Shown here: positions 52,321-61,968 of the stretch, in pieces
Layout: every line of letters starts with the position of its first letter
Position numbering within the stretch: position 1 is the first letter of the stretch
Origin: Candidatus Omnitrophota bacterium
GTDB lineage: Bacteria; Omnitrophota; Gorgyraeia; 1-14-0-20-64-10
Direction: 5' to 3'
DNA: 64,000 nt
NCBI GenBank assembly: GCA_023248155.1
Contig: JAHFFE010000001.1
Location: 314,603 to 378,602 of the forward strand
Program-made: the position numbers and the translations under genes
The notes under the pieces: generated by a model
The model's database searches: none
What the model saw: only the letters and a program-made list of their open reading frames with translations
What the model was told of the DNA's origin: nothing

Positions 52321-53484
52321 ATGAAGAAAGTCGTGGTGCTGGGATCAACCGGTTCGATCGGCGTGAACACGCTGAATGTCGTGCGTGAGCATCCGTCGGA
52401 ATTTGAGGTCGTCGGGTTGGCGGCCGGCCGCCAGATTGAACCGTTTGCCGCGCAGATCCGCGAGTTCAAACCAAAGCTCGTCGCGATCCAAGATGCTTCG
52501 CTTACCGATGCGCTTCGAAAATTAATCGGTCCTTCCTGCCCGGAAATTTTAACCGGTGAAGAGGGCGTTTCAAAACTGGCTGCCATGGATGGCGCTGATA
52601 TGGTGGTGGTGGCGATTACCGGCGCTGCGGCGCTCAAGCCGACGCTGGCCGCGATCGCGAAAAAACGGATGATCGGTTTGGCCAACAAAGAAAATCTCGT
52701 GATGGCCGGAGAACTGGTAATGAGCTCCGCGAAAGCCAACGGCGTCGAGGTATTGCCGATCGACAGCGAACATTCGGCGATTTTTCAATGCATGAAAGGC
52801 CAGAAGCGTTCCGAAGTCCGCAAATTGCTGCTGACTACGTCGGGCGGTCCGCTGCGCATAATCCCTTTGGAGAAATTCGGACAGCTGACAAAAGCTGAAA
52901 TCATGAATCATCCGCGCTGGAAAATGGGCCCAAAAATTACCGTCGATTCGGCCACCATGATGAATAAGGCGCTGGAAGTGATTGAGGCGCGCTGGCTGTT
53001 TGACCTGCCGGCCGACCAGGTTGAGGTGATTGTTCATCCGGAAGCGATTGTCCATTCGATGGTCGATTTTATCGACGGATCGGTGCTGGCCCAGCTGGGC
53101 ATTACTGATATGCGTTTGCCGATCCAGTACGCGATGACTTATCCGGACCGGCTGGGCTGTTCGCTGCCGCCGCTTGATCTGGTGGCGCTGAAGCAGTTGA
53201 ATTTCGAAGCGCCCCAGCGTGAAAAATTTCCGTGCCTCGGATTTGGCTACGAAGCGGCCCGTGTCGGCGGAACACTGCCCGCTGTTTTGAATGCCGCCAA
53301 TGAAACCTGCGTCGAAAACTTTCTGGCCGACCGCCTGCCGTTTACGCAAATCGCGCCGACAATCCGCCGCGTGATGGACGCGCATGCCTGCGTTGAACAT
53401 CCCGGGTTGGATCAGATTTTGCGGGCCGATGCCTGGGCGCGCGAACAGGTTCGGCAGCAAATGCTTTTGGGTGTCAGCAAATGA
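52321..53484 (+). CDS. dxr: 1-deoxy-D-xylulose-5-phosphate reductoisomerase
   Basis: VVLGSTGSIGVNTL NADPH motif and LANKE...DSEHSA active-site motifs. Confidence 0.95.
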   Translation: MKKVVVLGSTGSIGVNTLNVVREHPSEFEVVGLAAGRQIEPFAAQIREFKPKLVAIQDASLTDALRKLIGPSCPEILTGEEGVSKLAAMDGADMVVVAITGAAALKPTLAAIAKKRMIGLANKENLVMAGELVMSSAKANGVEVLPIDSEHSAIFQCMKGQKRSEVRKLLLTTSGGPLRIIPLEKFGQLTKAEIMNHPRWKMGPKITVDSATMMNKALEVIEARWLFDLPADQVEVIVHPEAIVHSMVDFIDGSVLAQLGITDMRLPIQYAMTYPDRLGCSLPPLDLVALKQLNFEAPQREKFPCLGFGYEAARVGGTLPAVLNAANETCVENFLADRLPFTQIAPTIRRVMDAHACVEHPGLDQILRADAWAREQVRQQMLLGVSK

Positions 53485-54569
53485 TTTCCTGGCTTGCGTT
53501 TATTTTCACGCTCGGAGCGATTGTGATGATCCACGAATGGGGGCATTTTATTGTGGCCCGTTTCGTCGGCGTGAAAGTAGAACGGTTCTCATTTGGATTT
53601 GGCCCCGTGCTTTGGAAAAAACAGGGAGCCCAGACGGAGTATGTGCTGAGCCTTTTGCCGCTGGGCGGCTATGTGAAGCTGGCCGGCGAAACCGATAATG
53701 AAAAACGGGGACCCGCCAAGCCGTGGGAGTACCGCGGCCGGCCGATCGGCGACAAGGCCGCCATTATCCTGGCCGGACCGCTGATTAATTACCTGCTTGG
53801 GTTTACGCTCTTTTTCACCGTTTTTGTTCTGGGCACCGGCACGCTGACGCCGCGCGTCGGCCGGCTGATGAAAGACTATCCGGCGGCGGCCGCCGGTTTG
53901 CGGGTGGGCGATCTGATTACGGCGGTTAACGGCCGGCCGGTCCAGACATGGGAAGAGATGACGCATGCTGTTCAGAATTCTCCCGACGGGGTTACGCTGG
54001 CCGTCGACCGTGACGGCACTCATTTTGACAAAATAATTCAGCCGAAAATTTCGGAACAGCCGCCGTTGTTCGGAAAAGCAAAACGGATTGGGATGATCGG
54101 CGTGGCTCCGTCGGGTGAAGTGGTCGTTCGCCGCTATTCAGTTCCGCGTGCTTTTGTCAAAGCGGGCCAGCAGGTCTGGCTGCTGACGACTTCCACGATT
54201 TTTGCACTCTGGAGTATGGCAACCGGCGCGATGCCGCTGAAGGAATCGTTCACAGGCCCGATCGGTATTTTTCAGATTACCGCGTCGGTGGCGCAGAAGG
54301 GGATTATTCCGCTGCTGCAGCTGATCGCTATTTTAAGCACCAGTATCGGATTTTTTAACCTGCTGCCGGTGCCGGTACTCGACGGCGGGCACCTGCTTTT
54401 TCTGGTTCTTGAAAAATGGCGCGGCAAACCGGTCAGCGAGCGGGCGCAGGAAAACTGCGTAAAAGTGGGTATGGGTCTTTTGCTGGCGCTGCTGGCGGTG
54501 GTGACCTACAACGATCTGGTCCGCATGGGCGTTTTTGCGCGTCTCACCCAGTGGTTCAGCCGCGGTTAG
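53481..54569 (+). CDS. rseP: Site-2 protease family zinc metalloprotease (RseP-like) with a PDZ domain
   Basis: HEWGHF zinc motif, a PDZ segment, and C-terminal LDGGH. Confidence 0.9.
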   Translation: MISWLAFIFTLGAIVMIHEWGHFIVARFVGVKVERFSFGFGPVLWKKQGAQTEYVLSLLPLGGYVKLAGETDNEKRGPAKPWEYRGRPIGDKAAIILAGPLINYLLGFTLFFTVFVLGTGTLTPRVGRLMKDYPAAAAGLRVGDLITAVNGRPVQTWEEMTHAVQNSPDGVTLAVDRDGTHFDKIIQPKISEQPPLFGKAKRIGMIGVAPSGEVVVRRYSVPRAFVKAGQQVWLLTTSTIFALWSMATGAMPLKESFTGPIGIFQITASVAQKGIIPLLQLIAILSTSIGFFNLLPVPVLDGGHLLFLVLEKWRGKPVSERAQENCVKVGMGLLLALLAVVTYNDLVRMGVFARLTQWFSRG

Positions 54570-54602
54570 TACCCCGAGAGTGACAGGATCCGAAGTGATA
54601 TA

Positions 54603-56306
54603 ATGGAAAAAATGAAAACCCAAGAACACGAAAATAAAACCGCTGCAATTCGGCGGAAAAGCTGGCCGGTTCAAGTCGGCTCCGTTCAGATCGGCGGCGA
54701 TGCCCCTCTGCGCGTGCAGTCGATGACGACCACCACGACGCAGGATATCGATGCCACCGTTGATCAGACGGCCGCGCTGGTGAAAGCCGGCTGCGACCTG
54801 GTCCGCATTACGGCGCAGACTTCCGTCGAGGCCAAGGCGTTGGCTCAAATCAAGCAAAAACTGGCGCAGCGCGGCATCACCACGCCGCTGGTGGCCGACA
54901 TCCATTTCAATCCGAAATCAGCGCTCGATTCAGCCGACCATGTTGAAAAAATCCGGATTAATCCCGGCAACTTTGCCGATTCCAAACAGTTTGCGCAGCG
55001 CGAGTATACGCAGGACCAGTACAAGGATGAGCTGTCGCGCATTTCCGAAAAATTCAGTCCGCTCGTCGAGAAATGCAAGCAGCTCAAGCGCGCGATGCGC
55101 ATCGGCACGAATCACGGTTCGCTCTCCGACCGGATCATGAACCAGTTTGGCGATACGCCGGCCGGCATGGTTGAGTCGGCGCTGGAATATTTGCGCGTGG
55201 CTGAATCACTTGGTTTTGGGGACATTGTTTTTTCGATGAAGGCGTCGAACCCCGTTGTGATGGCGCATGCCAACCGATTGTTGGTCGACGCGCTGGAAAA
55301 GCACGGCACCCGCCGCTATCCGTTGCATTTGGGCGTGACCGAGGCCGGTGAAGGGGAAGACGCGCGAATTAAATCAGCGTTGGGCATCGGCGTTCTATTG
55401 GCTGAAGGGATCGGCGACACGATCCGTGTTTCGCTGACGGAAGATCCGGTGGAGGAAGTTCCGGTTGCCGCGGCGATGGCGCGTTGGGCCGAGGCGCGTT
55501 GGGCCGCCGGCAAGCAGGTGGCTCCTCCGATCCGTCCGTTTGAATGGTCCCGCCATCCGACGAATGCCGCGCTCCATGAAACCATTGTTATCGGCGGTGA
55601 AGATCTGGTGAAGGTCGGTTTGTTCCAGGGTGATTATCCCCATCCGCGGCAGGCCGGCACTAAAGATACGCCGTGCGAATTTTTAATCGGTGATGATGCG
55701 GCGCTGCTCGGGAAGTTCCACATCGTGCAGGCCGAGGAACTGCTTAATGAAGGCCGTTTGCTGGCGCGCAAACTGGAAGCGGCCGGCGACAAACGTCCGA
55801 TCATTCTGGTTTGGGACGCGCGCCGTTTTGAAAAAGACAATCTTGAATTTTTGATTGAAGCGGGCGTGCAGGTCGGCGGGTTGCTGATGGACGGCATCGG
55901 CGATGCCGTCGTGATCCGCTCGAAACTGCCGGCGTCCCGCATACTCACATTAACTTACAATATTTTGCAGGCGGCGCGGGTCCGGTCGGTCAAGACAGAA
56001 TACATCGCTTGTCCCGGCTGCGGCCGCACATTGTTCGACCTGCAGTCGACCACGCAGCTGATCAAATCGCGCACCGGGCATCTCAAAGGCGTCAAGATCG
56101 CCGTGATGGGCTGTGTTGTGAACGGTCCCGGCGAAATGGCCGACGCTGATTTCGGTTATGTCGGCGGATCTCCGGGCACCGTCAATCTGTATGTCGGCAA
56201 AGAAGTGGTTCAGCGCGCCGTTCCGACGGCGCAGGCCTGCGACAAGCTGGTTGAATTGATCAAACAGCACGGCAAGTGGGTCGATCCTGTCGAAGAATCG
56301 GTCTAA
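54603..56306 (+). CDS. ispG: 4-hydroxy-3-methylbut-2-enyl diphosphate synthase, long form with an inserted domain
   Basis: PLRVQSMT N-terminal TIM-barrel motif and the C-terminal Fe-S cysteines CPGCGRT...GCVVNGPGE. 567 aa. Confidence 0.9.
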   Translation: MEKMKTQEHENKTAAIRRKSWPVQVGSVQIGGDAPLRVQSMTTTTTQDIDATVDQTAALVKAGCDLVRITAQTSVEAKALAQIKQKLAQRGITTPLVADIHFNPKSALDSADHVEKIRINPGNFADSKQFAQREYTQDQYKDELSRISEKFSPLVEKCKQLKRAMRIGTNHGSLSDRIMNQFGDTPAGMVESALEYLRVAESLGFGDIVFSMKASNPVVMAHANRLLVDALEKHGTRRYPLHLGVTEAGEGEDARIKSALGIGVLLAEGIGDTIRVSLTEDPVEEVPVAAAMARWAEARWAAGKQVAPPIRPFEWSRHPTNAALHETIVIGGEDLVKVGLFQGDYPHPRQAGTKDTPCEFLIGDDAALLGKFHIVQAEELLNEGRLLARKLEAAGDKRPIILVWDARRFEKDNLEFLIEAGVQVGGLLMDGIGDAVVIRSKLPASRILTLTYNILQAARVRSVKTEYIACPGCGRTLFDLQSTTQLIKSRTGHLKGVKIAVMGCVVNGPGEMADADFGYVGGSPGTVNLYVGKEVVQRAVPTAQACDKLVELIKQHGKWVDPVEESV

Positions 56307-57598
56307 TGCGCGCGACCGAGTCGTATTTTCCCACCTTAAGAGAAGTTCCCGCGGAAGCGGAAGTCATCAGCCACCGGCTGATGCTGCGCGCCGGGCTGGT
56401 GCGCAAATTGTCGGCAGGAACTTACTCGTATCTTCCGATGGGTATGCGTGTGCTGCTGAAAGTCACGCAAATTATTCGCGAAGAAATGGCCAACGCCGGC
56501 GCGTTGGAAGTTTTAATGCCGGCGCTTCAGCCGGCCGATGTCTGGAAAAAATCGGGCCGCTACGACAAGATGGGCCCGGAGATGATCCGGTTCCGCGACC
56601 GGCACGGCAAGGAAACAGTGTTGGGCCCCACACACGAAGAAATTATTACCACGCTGATTTCCGGCGAGCTGCGTTCCTACCGTGATCTGCCCAAAACCTT
56701 TTTCCAGATTCAGACCAAATTCCGTGATGAAGCGCGGCCGCGGTTCGGTGTGATCCGTTCCAGCGAATTCATCATGAAAGACGCCTACAGTTTTCACCGC
56801 GACGAGAAAAGCCTCGATGAAATGTACAAAAAAATGTACGCGGCTTATACGCGCATCTTTCAGCGCTGCGGCATGAACGCGATTCCCGTCGAGGCCGATA
56901 CCGGCGTCATGGGCGGCGACAATTCGCACGAGTTCATGATTCCGGCTTCCTGCGGCGAAGATTTCGTGGTTCGCTGCAAGGCCTGTTCATACGCCGCTTC
57001 CATGGATAAAGCTGCCAAGAAAATGACACCGGCCGGAGCCGCTGAGCCGGTTGTTCCGAAGAATGGCGACGCCTGTCCGCAATGCGCGCAGCCGCTTGAA
57101 ATCCTGCCGGGCATCGAGGTGGGCCATATTTTCAAGCTGGGCACCAAATATTCCACATCGCTCGAAGCGATGTACCTCAACGAGGACGGCAAACAAAAAG
57201 TCTTTATCATGGGCTGCTACGGCATTGGCGTCACGCGGATTATTCCGTCGATCATCGAGGCCAATAACGATGAGGCCGGCATCCGCTGGCCGGTTTCGGT
57301 GGCTCCGTATACCGTGGTGGTGATCCCGGTCAATCCGGATGACGCTGTCAAACAGGCGGCCGAGTCGTTGTATCACGATTTGCAAAAAGCTGGCATTGAA
57401 GTGCTGCTGGATGACCGAGACCTGTCGGGCGGCGTCAAAATGAAAGATGCCGATTTGATCGGGTTCCCGCTGCGCGTGGTGGTCAGCAATAAAACACTGC
57501 AACAGTCGGCCGTTGAGCTGAAAGTCCGCACCGAACCGCAGTTCTCTCTGGTCCCGCTTTCCGAAATCGTTTCCCGCCTCAAATCCATCCAAAACTAA
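56306..57598 (+). CDS. proS: Prolyl-tRNA synthetase, short form lacking the bacterial INS editing domain, with a Cys4 insertion
   Basis: Class II motifs FRDE...RPRFG. CKAC...CPQC zinc-ribbon-like insert. The start is the ATG overlapping the ispG TAA. 431 aa. Confidence 0.85.
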   Translation: MRATESYFPTLREVPAEAEVISHRLMLRAGLVRKLSAGTYSYLPMGMRVLLKVTQIIREEMANAGALEVLMPALQPADVWKKSGRYDKMGPEMIRFRDRHGKETVLGPTHEEIITTLISGELRSYRDLPKTFFQIQTKFRDEARPRFGVIRSSEFIMKDAYSFHRDEKSLDEMYKKMYAAYTRIFQRCGMNAIPVEADTGVMGGDNSHEFMIPASCGEDFVVRCKACSYAASMDKAAKKMTPAGAAEPVVPKNGDACPQCAQPLEILPGIEVGHIFKLGTKYSTSLEAMYLNEDGKQKVFIMGCYGIGVTRIIPSIIEANNDEAGIRWPVSVAPYTVVVIPVNPDDAVKQAAESLYHDLQKAGIEVLLDDRDLSGGVKMKDADLIGFPLRVVVSNKTLQQSAVELKVRTEPQFSLVPLSEIVSRLKSIQN

Positions 57599-57648
57599 AT
57601 CAGCCCTAGGAGTTTTTCGAGTCAGCCCGGGATACCCTAAATCGTCTT

Positions 57649-57797
57649 CGCTTCGGGTCCTGCCGCTCGGGGACACTCTCCGCCGTCCGTGCTCGCTTCG
57701 CTGCGCGCGTGGCGGCGAAGGCCTCTCCCGCCCGCGTCACCCGAAGCGCCTGCGTGGGTAGAGGCGGAACGGGATATGGGGCAAGTGGACCTTGGCG
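57649..57797 (+). repeat. Intergenic repeat copy B (hairpin 57649-57748 plus the conserved 27-nt block 57771-57797)
   Basis: See copy A at 3153-3312. Confidence 0.7.
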
Positions 57798-57813
57798 GAG
57801 GCCGACGCGCCGC

Positions 57814-57843
57814 TTGACAGCGGCAGTCGCTCCGACGGATAAT
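57814..57843 (+). promoter_or_regulatory. Candidate sigma-70 promoter of the rimP-nusA-infB operon
   Basis: TTGACA-18 nt-GATAAT immediately downstream of repeat copy B. Confidence 0.5.
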
Positions 57844-57893
57844 AATAGGGTAATGCCGTAATAGGTTCTTCCCCGGAGTCCTCAGGGGATGCG

Positions 57894-57926
57894 AGTGGGA
57901 TACCAACGATTGGTCCCACTTTTTTG
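57894..57926 (+). terminator. Terminator-like hairpin plus T-tract in the rimP leader (candidate attenuator)
   Basis: Stem AGTGGG...CCCACT enclosing CCAA-CGA-TTGG, followed by TTTTTTGTT. It lies between the candidate promoter and the rimP start. Confidence 0.45.
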
Positions 57927-57958
57927 TTCTCTAAAAGCTGAAAAAAGGGATTTTTTCG

Positions 57959-58435
57959 ATGGCGTCGATGCACCAGGAGCAGTTGCTGCAGAAGATCCGG
58001 GAATTGATTGAACCGGTCCTGCGCGCCCGACAAATAGATTTGGTCGATATTGCCTGCCATTTTGGCAGTGGGCGCACGATTATCCGCTGTTTGGTCGATA
58101 CGGCGCGCGGAATCAAGCTGGATGAACTCAGTTCGGCCAACCGCGTGATCGGCGTTTTGCTCGACGAGCATGACCTGATTCCGGAGCGGTATTTGCTGGA
58201 AGTCAGTTCGCCGGGCCTGGACCGTCCGCTGAAAAAGACCGCCGATTTTGAGCGCGTCATCGGCCGCCGGATTCGCGTCGTGACATCGGTTCCGATCGAT
58301 GGCCGGCAGGAACATGTGGGTGAATTGCTGGGCGCCAATGAGGAGGCAATCGTCCTGAAACTCGATTCGGGCGATAAACTGCAGATTTTGCTTCCACAGA
58401 TTGCGCATGCGGTACAGGAGATTGAATTAAAATGA
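57959..58435 (+). CDS. rimP: Ribosome maturation factor RimP
   Basis: LEVSSPGLDRPL motif. Position upstream of nusA. Confidence 0.9.
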   Translation: MASMHQEQLLQKIRELIEPVLRARQIDLVDIACHFGSGRTIIRCLVDTARGIKLDELSSANRVIGVLLDEHDLIPERYLLEVSSPGLDRPLKKTADFERVIGRRIRVVTSVPIDGRQEHVGELLGANEEAIVLKLDSGDKLQILLPQIAHAVQEIELK

Positions 58436-58520
58436 CCCCACCACCTTTTGGAATGAAACAGATGTTTCATGAATTTGCTTCAGCAAATTCAAAACCGTTG
58501 GTTTTACAAGAGGTGGTGGG

Positions 58521-59756
58521 GTGAACAGCGAACTGTTGTCGGTACTCGATAATTTAAGCCGCGAAAAAGGGATCGACCGCGAGGTCATCCTCGAGGCGAT
58601 CGAGTCCGCTTTGGTCAGCGCCGCGCGCAAGTCGCTGGGATCATTGACGGCCGATGTGACCGCGACGATTGACCGTGCGACCGGCACGATCCTCGTGATC
58701 GCCGAGGGGAAAGAACTGGCCAACGCCGAATTTGGCCGCATCGCCGCGCAAACGGCCAAGCAGGTTATTTTCCACAAAATTCGCGAAGCGGAACGCAGTG
58801 TGATTTTTACTGAATTTTCGCCGCGCGCCGGCACCATGCTGACCGGCACCATGCAGCGGTTTGACCGCGGCGCGATCGTGGTCGATATCGGGAAAACCGA
58901 AGCGGTTCTGCCGAAGCGCGAACAGTCGCCCAAGGAAACTTTTCGTCCCGGCGATCGTGTCAGCGCCTATTGCATCGAAGTGAACAAGACGGCCAAGGGT
59001 CCGCAGATTATTCTGTCTCGGTCGCACCCGAGTTTTGTTTTGGAACTGTTCAAGATGGAAGTTCCAGAGATCGGGCAGGGCATCGTCGAGATCAAATCGG
59101 TTTCGCGCGAGGCCGGCGACCGCGCGAAGGTGGCCGTCTACACCAAGGACGAAAAGATCGACTGCGTCGGCGCTTGCGTCGGAATGCGCGGCACGCGCGT
59201 CAAGGATATCGTGCGCGAACTGCACGGAGAAAAAATCGACATCATCCGCTGGAGCCCGAAGCTGGAAGAATATGTGGCCGCGGCGCTTTCTCCGGCGAAG
59301 GTCGTTGAAATCCAAATGTCACCCGATCGCCGGCAGGTGCAGGTCATTGTGGATGAAGATCAATTGTCGCTGGCCATCGGCAAGCGCGGCCAGAATGTGC
59401 GCCTGGCGGCGAAGCTCGTCGGCGTTGATATTGATGTCCGGACCCGCGTGCAGCTCGAGAAATTGGCGCAGTGGTCCGTCGGGGAGGTGGCTGGTATCGG
59501 GCCGAAGATGCGCGAAGCGCTGGAAGAAGCCGGGTTCAATAAAGTGGACCGGCTTGCGCGCTCATCGGTGGAAGATCTCACCCGGGTAAAGGGAATTGGA
59601 GAGAAAATCGCGGAGCGGTTGATTGAAGAAGCTAAAAAATTTATGACGCAGCTGGAGGCGGAAGTTCCGCCGCCGGCCGAAGAAATTGCACCGGCCGCTC
59701 CAGCGTCGCCATCGGAGGATTCGAATGCCAACCCCGCGCAAGAGCAGCAGCCCTAA
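58521..59756 (+). CDS. nusA: Transcription termination/antitermination factor NusA
   Basis: S1 and KH domains (VKSVSREAGDRAKVAV...GACVGMRGTRV) and a C-terminal acidic tail. GTG start. Confidence 0.9.
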   Translation: MNSELLSVLDNLSREKGIDREVILEAIESALVSAARKSLGSLTADVTATIDRATGTILVIAEGKELANAEFGRIAAQTAKQVIFHKIREAERSVIFTEFSPRAGTMLTGTMQRFDRGAIVVDIGKTEAVLPKREQSPKETFRPGDRVSAYCIEVNKTAKGPQIILSRSHPSFVLELFKMEVPEIGQGIVEIKSVSREAGDRAKVAVYTKDEKIDCVGACVGMRGTRVKDIVRELHGEKIDIIRWSPKLEEYVAAALSPAKVVEIQMSPDRRQVQVIVDEDQLSLAIGKRGQNVRLAAKLVGVDIDVRTRVQLEKLAQWSVGEVAGIGPKMREALEEAGFNKVDRLARSSVEDLTRVKGIGEKIAERLIEEAKKFMTQLEAEVPPPAEEIAPAAPASPSEDSNANPAQEQQP

Positions 59757-61968
59757 GTCAAAAACCGTAAAAACGGTGAAGCCGAAAGCCGCCGTCAAAG
59801 CGGCCAAGCCGGTGAAGGCCGTTAAGCCGCCGGCCAAGCCCGTCAAGCCGGCAAAACCGGTTGTTTCGGTTGCCAAGAAAAGAAAAGTTGCGCCCGTTAC
59901 CATCAAGCCGATTCCCGGCATGGAGCGGACCGTTGCTCCGGAGATCAAGAAACCGGCGGCAGTCGTTCCTCCACCGGTTTCAGTTGCGCCTGTCGCAGCG
60001 CCGCGCGTAGTGGCGCCGCCCCCTCCGGTTTCCAAACCGGCCCCGGTACGACCGTCCGTCGTTGTTGCGCCTCCGCCTCCATTTTCCCCGCCGCCGGCCG
60101 CTCCCGTGGCTGCCACGCCGGTGATTCCGAGCGTGCCTGCGCCTGTGGTACGGCCGCCCGCGCCGCCGCCTGTTCCGGTCGCGGCCAAGCCGGAAGTTCC
60201 TGCGGCCCCGAAGAAAATTCTGAAATTAACGATCCCTTTGACAGTCAAAGAACTGGCCGACAAATTATCGATTTCACCGGGAGAATTAATCAAGCATTTG
60301 ATCGGAATGAAGGTCATGGCGACGATCAACCAAATGCTGACCGAAGAACCGGTTGAGAAATTAGTGACGCTCTACGGGTACCAGTACGAACGGCTTCCGA
60401 CGCTGGAAGAAAAAATGGAAGCGGTTCACGAACAAAAAGATGATCCGCTCAAGCGAATGTCTCGGCCTCCGGTCGTGACGTTCATGGGCCATGTCGACCA
60501 CGGTAAAACATCTTTGCTCGACGCGATCCGCGAATCACGCGTCGTTGAAGGCGAAGCCGGCGGCATCACGCAGCATATCGGCGCCTACCGCGTCACGATG
60601 GCGCGCGGCACGATTACCTTTTTGGATACGCCCGGCCATGAAGCGTTTACGGCCATGCGCGCGCGCGGCGCGAATGTGACCGACATCGTGGTTCTGGTCG
60701 TCGCTGCCGATGACGGCATCATGCCGCAAACAAAAGAAGCGGCCGATCACGCGCATGCGGCCGGCGCGACGATCGTCGTGGCGATGAACAAAATCGACAA
60801 GCCGACCGCCAACGCCGAGCGCGTCAAAAAACAGTTGTCCGAAATCAATCTGCTGCCCGAAGACTGGGGCGGCAAAACAATTGTGGTGCCGGTTTCCGCG
60901 AAAACCGGAGAGGGCATTGATCAATTGCTCGAAGCGATTTTGCTGGAAGCCGAAGTGCTGGAATTGAAAGCCGATCCGACCCGTTCGGCGCGCGGCGCGG
61001 TTCTCGAAGGCAAGCTGACCAAGGGCGGCGGTCCCGTCGGTCATTTGCTGGTGCAGAACGGAACGCTGCGCGTGGGCGATGTGCTGGTGAGCGGAACGAT
61101 CGTCGGCAAGGTTCGCGCGCTGATGGACGTGCGCGGCCACCGGCTCGTGGAGGTGGGACCGTCTTCTCCGGTTGAAGTGCTCGGCTTAAGCGGCGTGCCG
61201 CGGGCCGGCGATGTGTTCATGGTGGTTCCCGATGAGAAACAGGCGCGCGAAATTGTTTCCAAGCGCGTGGAAGAGCAAAGAATGGCAGCGGCCGCTCCGA
61301 TCCGCCGCGCGGTTTCGCTTGAGGAGTTCCATCTTCAGCTGACGGCCGGAAAAATAAAGGGATTGAACCTCATCCTGAAATCCGATGTGCAGGGTTCTCT
61401 CGAGGCGATTCAGGACGCGATTTCAAAACTGTCGACCGAGCAGACCAATCTGAAATTTTTGCATATCGGCGTGGGTGATATTACCGAGCCGGATATTTTG
61501 CTGGCCGAGGCGTCGAACGCCGTGGTGATCGGGTTCAATGTAAAGACCACGCCGGAAGCCGAAGTGCTGGCCAAGGAAGAGCAGGTCGATGTCCGCGTTT
61601 ATAAGATCATCTACGAGGCCGTCGCCGATGTGAAAGCCGCGCTGGAAGGCCTCCTCGAGCCGAAGCTGGTCGAACAGTTTGTCGGCCGCGTTAAAGTGCT
61701 GCAGGCGTTCAAGGTTTCCAAGGTCGGCACCATCGCCGGTTCCCAGGTCATCAAGGGCAAGGCACAGCGCGGCGTCATGGGCCGGGTTATGCGCGGCAAA
61801 GAAAAAATATTCGAAGGCAAAGTCGATTCGCTCAAGCGCTTCAAAGAAGATGTGAAAGAAGTGGCTGAGGGCGTGCAGTGCGGAATCGGGCTGGCCGGGT
61901 TCGGCGGTTATGAGCCGGAAGATCTGATCGAACTGTTCACTGTTGAAAAGGTGGCGCAGCGGTTATGA
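59725..61968 (+). CDS. infB: Translation initiation factor IF-2 with a Pro/Ala/Lys-rich N-terminal region
   Basis: [12 protein letters not shown] and DTPGHEAF G-domain motifs. The start is taken at the ATG at 59725, which is preceded by GGAGGA; the ORF-track start at 59686 lies further inside nusA. Confidence 0.9.
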   Translation: MPTPRKSSSPKSKTVKTVKPKAAVKAAKPVKAVKPPAKPVKPAKPVVSVAKKRKVAPVTIKPIPGMERTVAPEIKKPAAVVPPPVSVAPVAAPRVVAPPPPVSKPAPVRPSVVVAPPPPFSPPPAAPVAATPVIPSVPAPVVRPPAPPPVPVAAKPEVPAAPKKILKLTIPLTVKELADKLSISPGELIKHLIGMKVMATINQMLTEEPVEKLVTLYGYQYERLPTLEEKMEAVHEQKDDPLKRMSRPPVVTFMGHVDHGKTSLLDAIRESRVVEGEAGGITQHIGAYRVTMARGTITFLDTPGHEAFTAMRARGANVTDIVVLVVAADDGIMPQTKEAADHAHAAGATIVVAMNKIDKPTANAERVKKQLSEINLLPEDWGGKTIVVPVSAKTGEGIDQLLEAILLEAEVLELKADPTRSARGAVLEGKLTKGGGPVGHLLVQNGTLRVGDVLVSGTIVGKVRALMDVRGHRLVEVGPSSPVEVLGLSGVPRAGDVFMVVPDEKQAREIVSKRVEEQRMAAAAPIRRAVSLEEFHLQLTAGKIKGLNLILKSDVQGSLEAIQDAISKLSTEQTNLKFLHIGVGDITEPDILLAEASNAVVIGFNVKTTPEAEVLAKEEQVDVRVYKIIYEAVADVKAALEGLLEPKLVEQFVGRVKVLQAFKVSKVGTIAGSQVIKGKAQRGVMGRVMRGKEKIFEGKVDSLKRFKEDVKEVAEGVQCGIGLAGFGGYEPEDLIELFTVEKVAQRL

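Noticed and set aside
52570-53460. 296-aa minus-strand ORF antisense to dxr
   Set aside because: Antisense to a canonical Dxr. Arg/His-rich.
59562-60329. 255-aa Gly/Thr/Ala-rich minus-strand ORF
   Set aside because: Mirror image of the Pro/Ala/Lys repeat region of infB. Compositional artefact.
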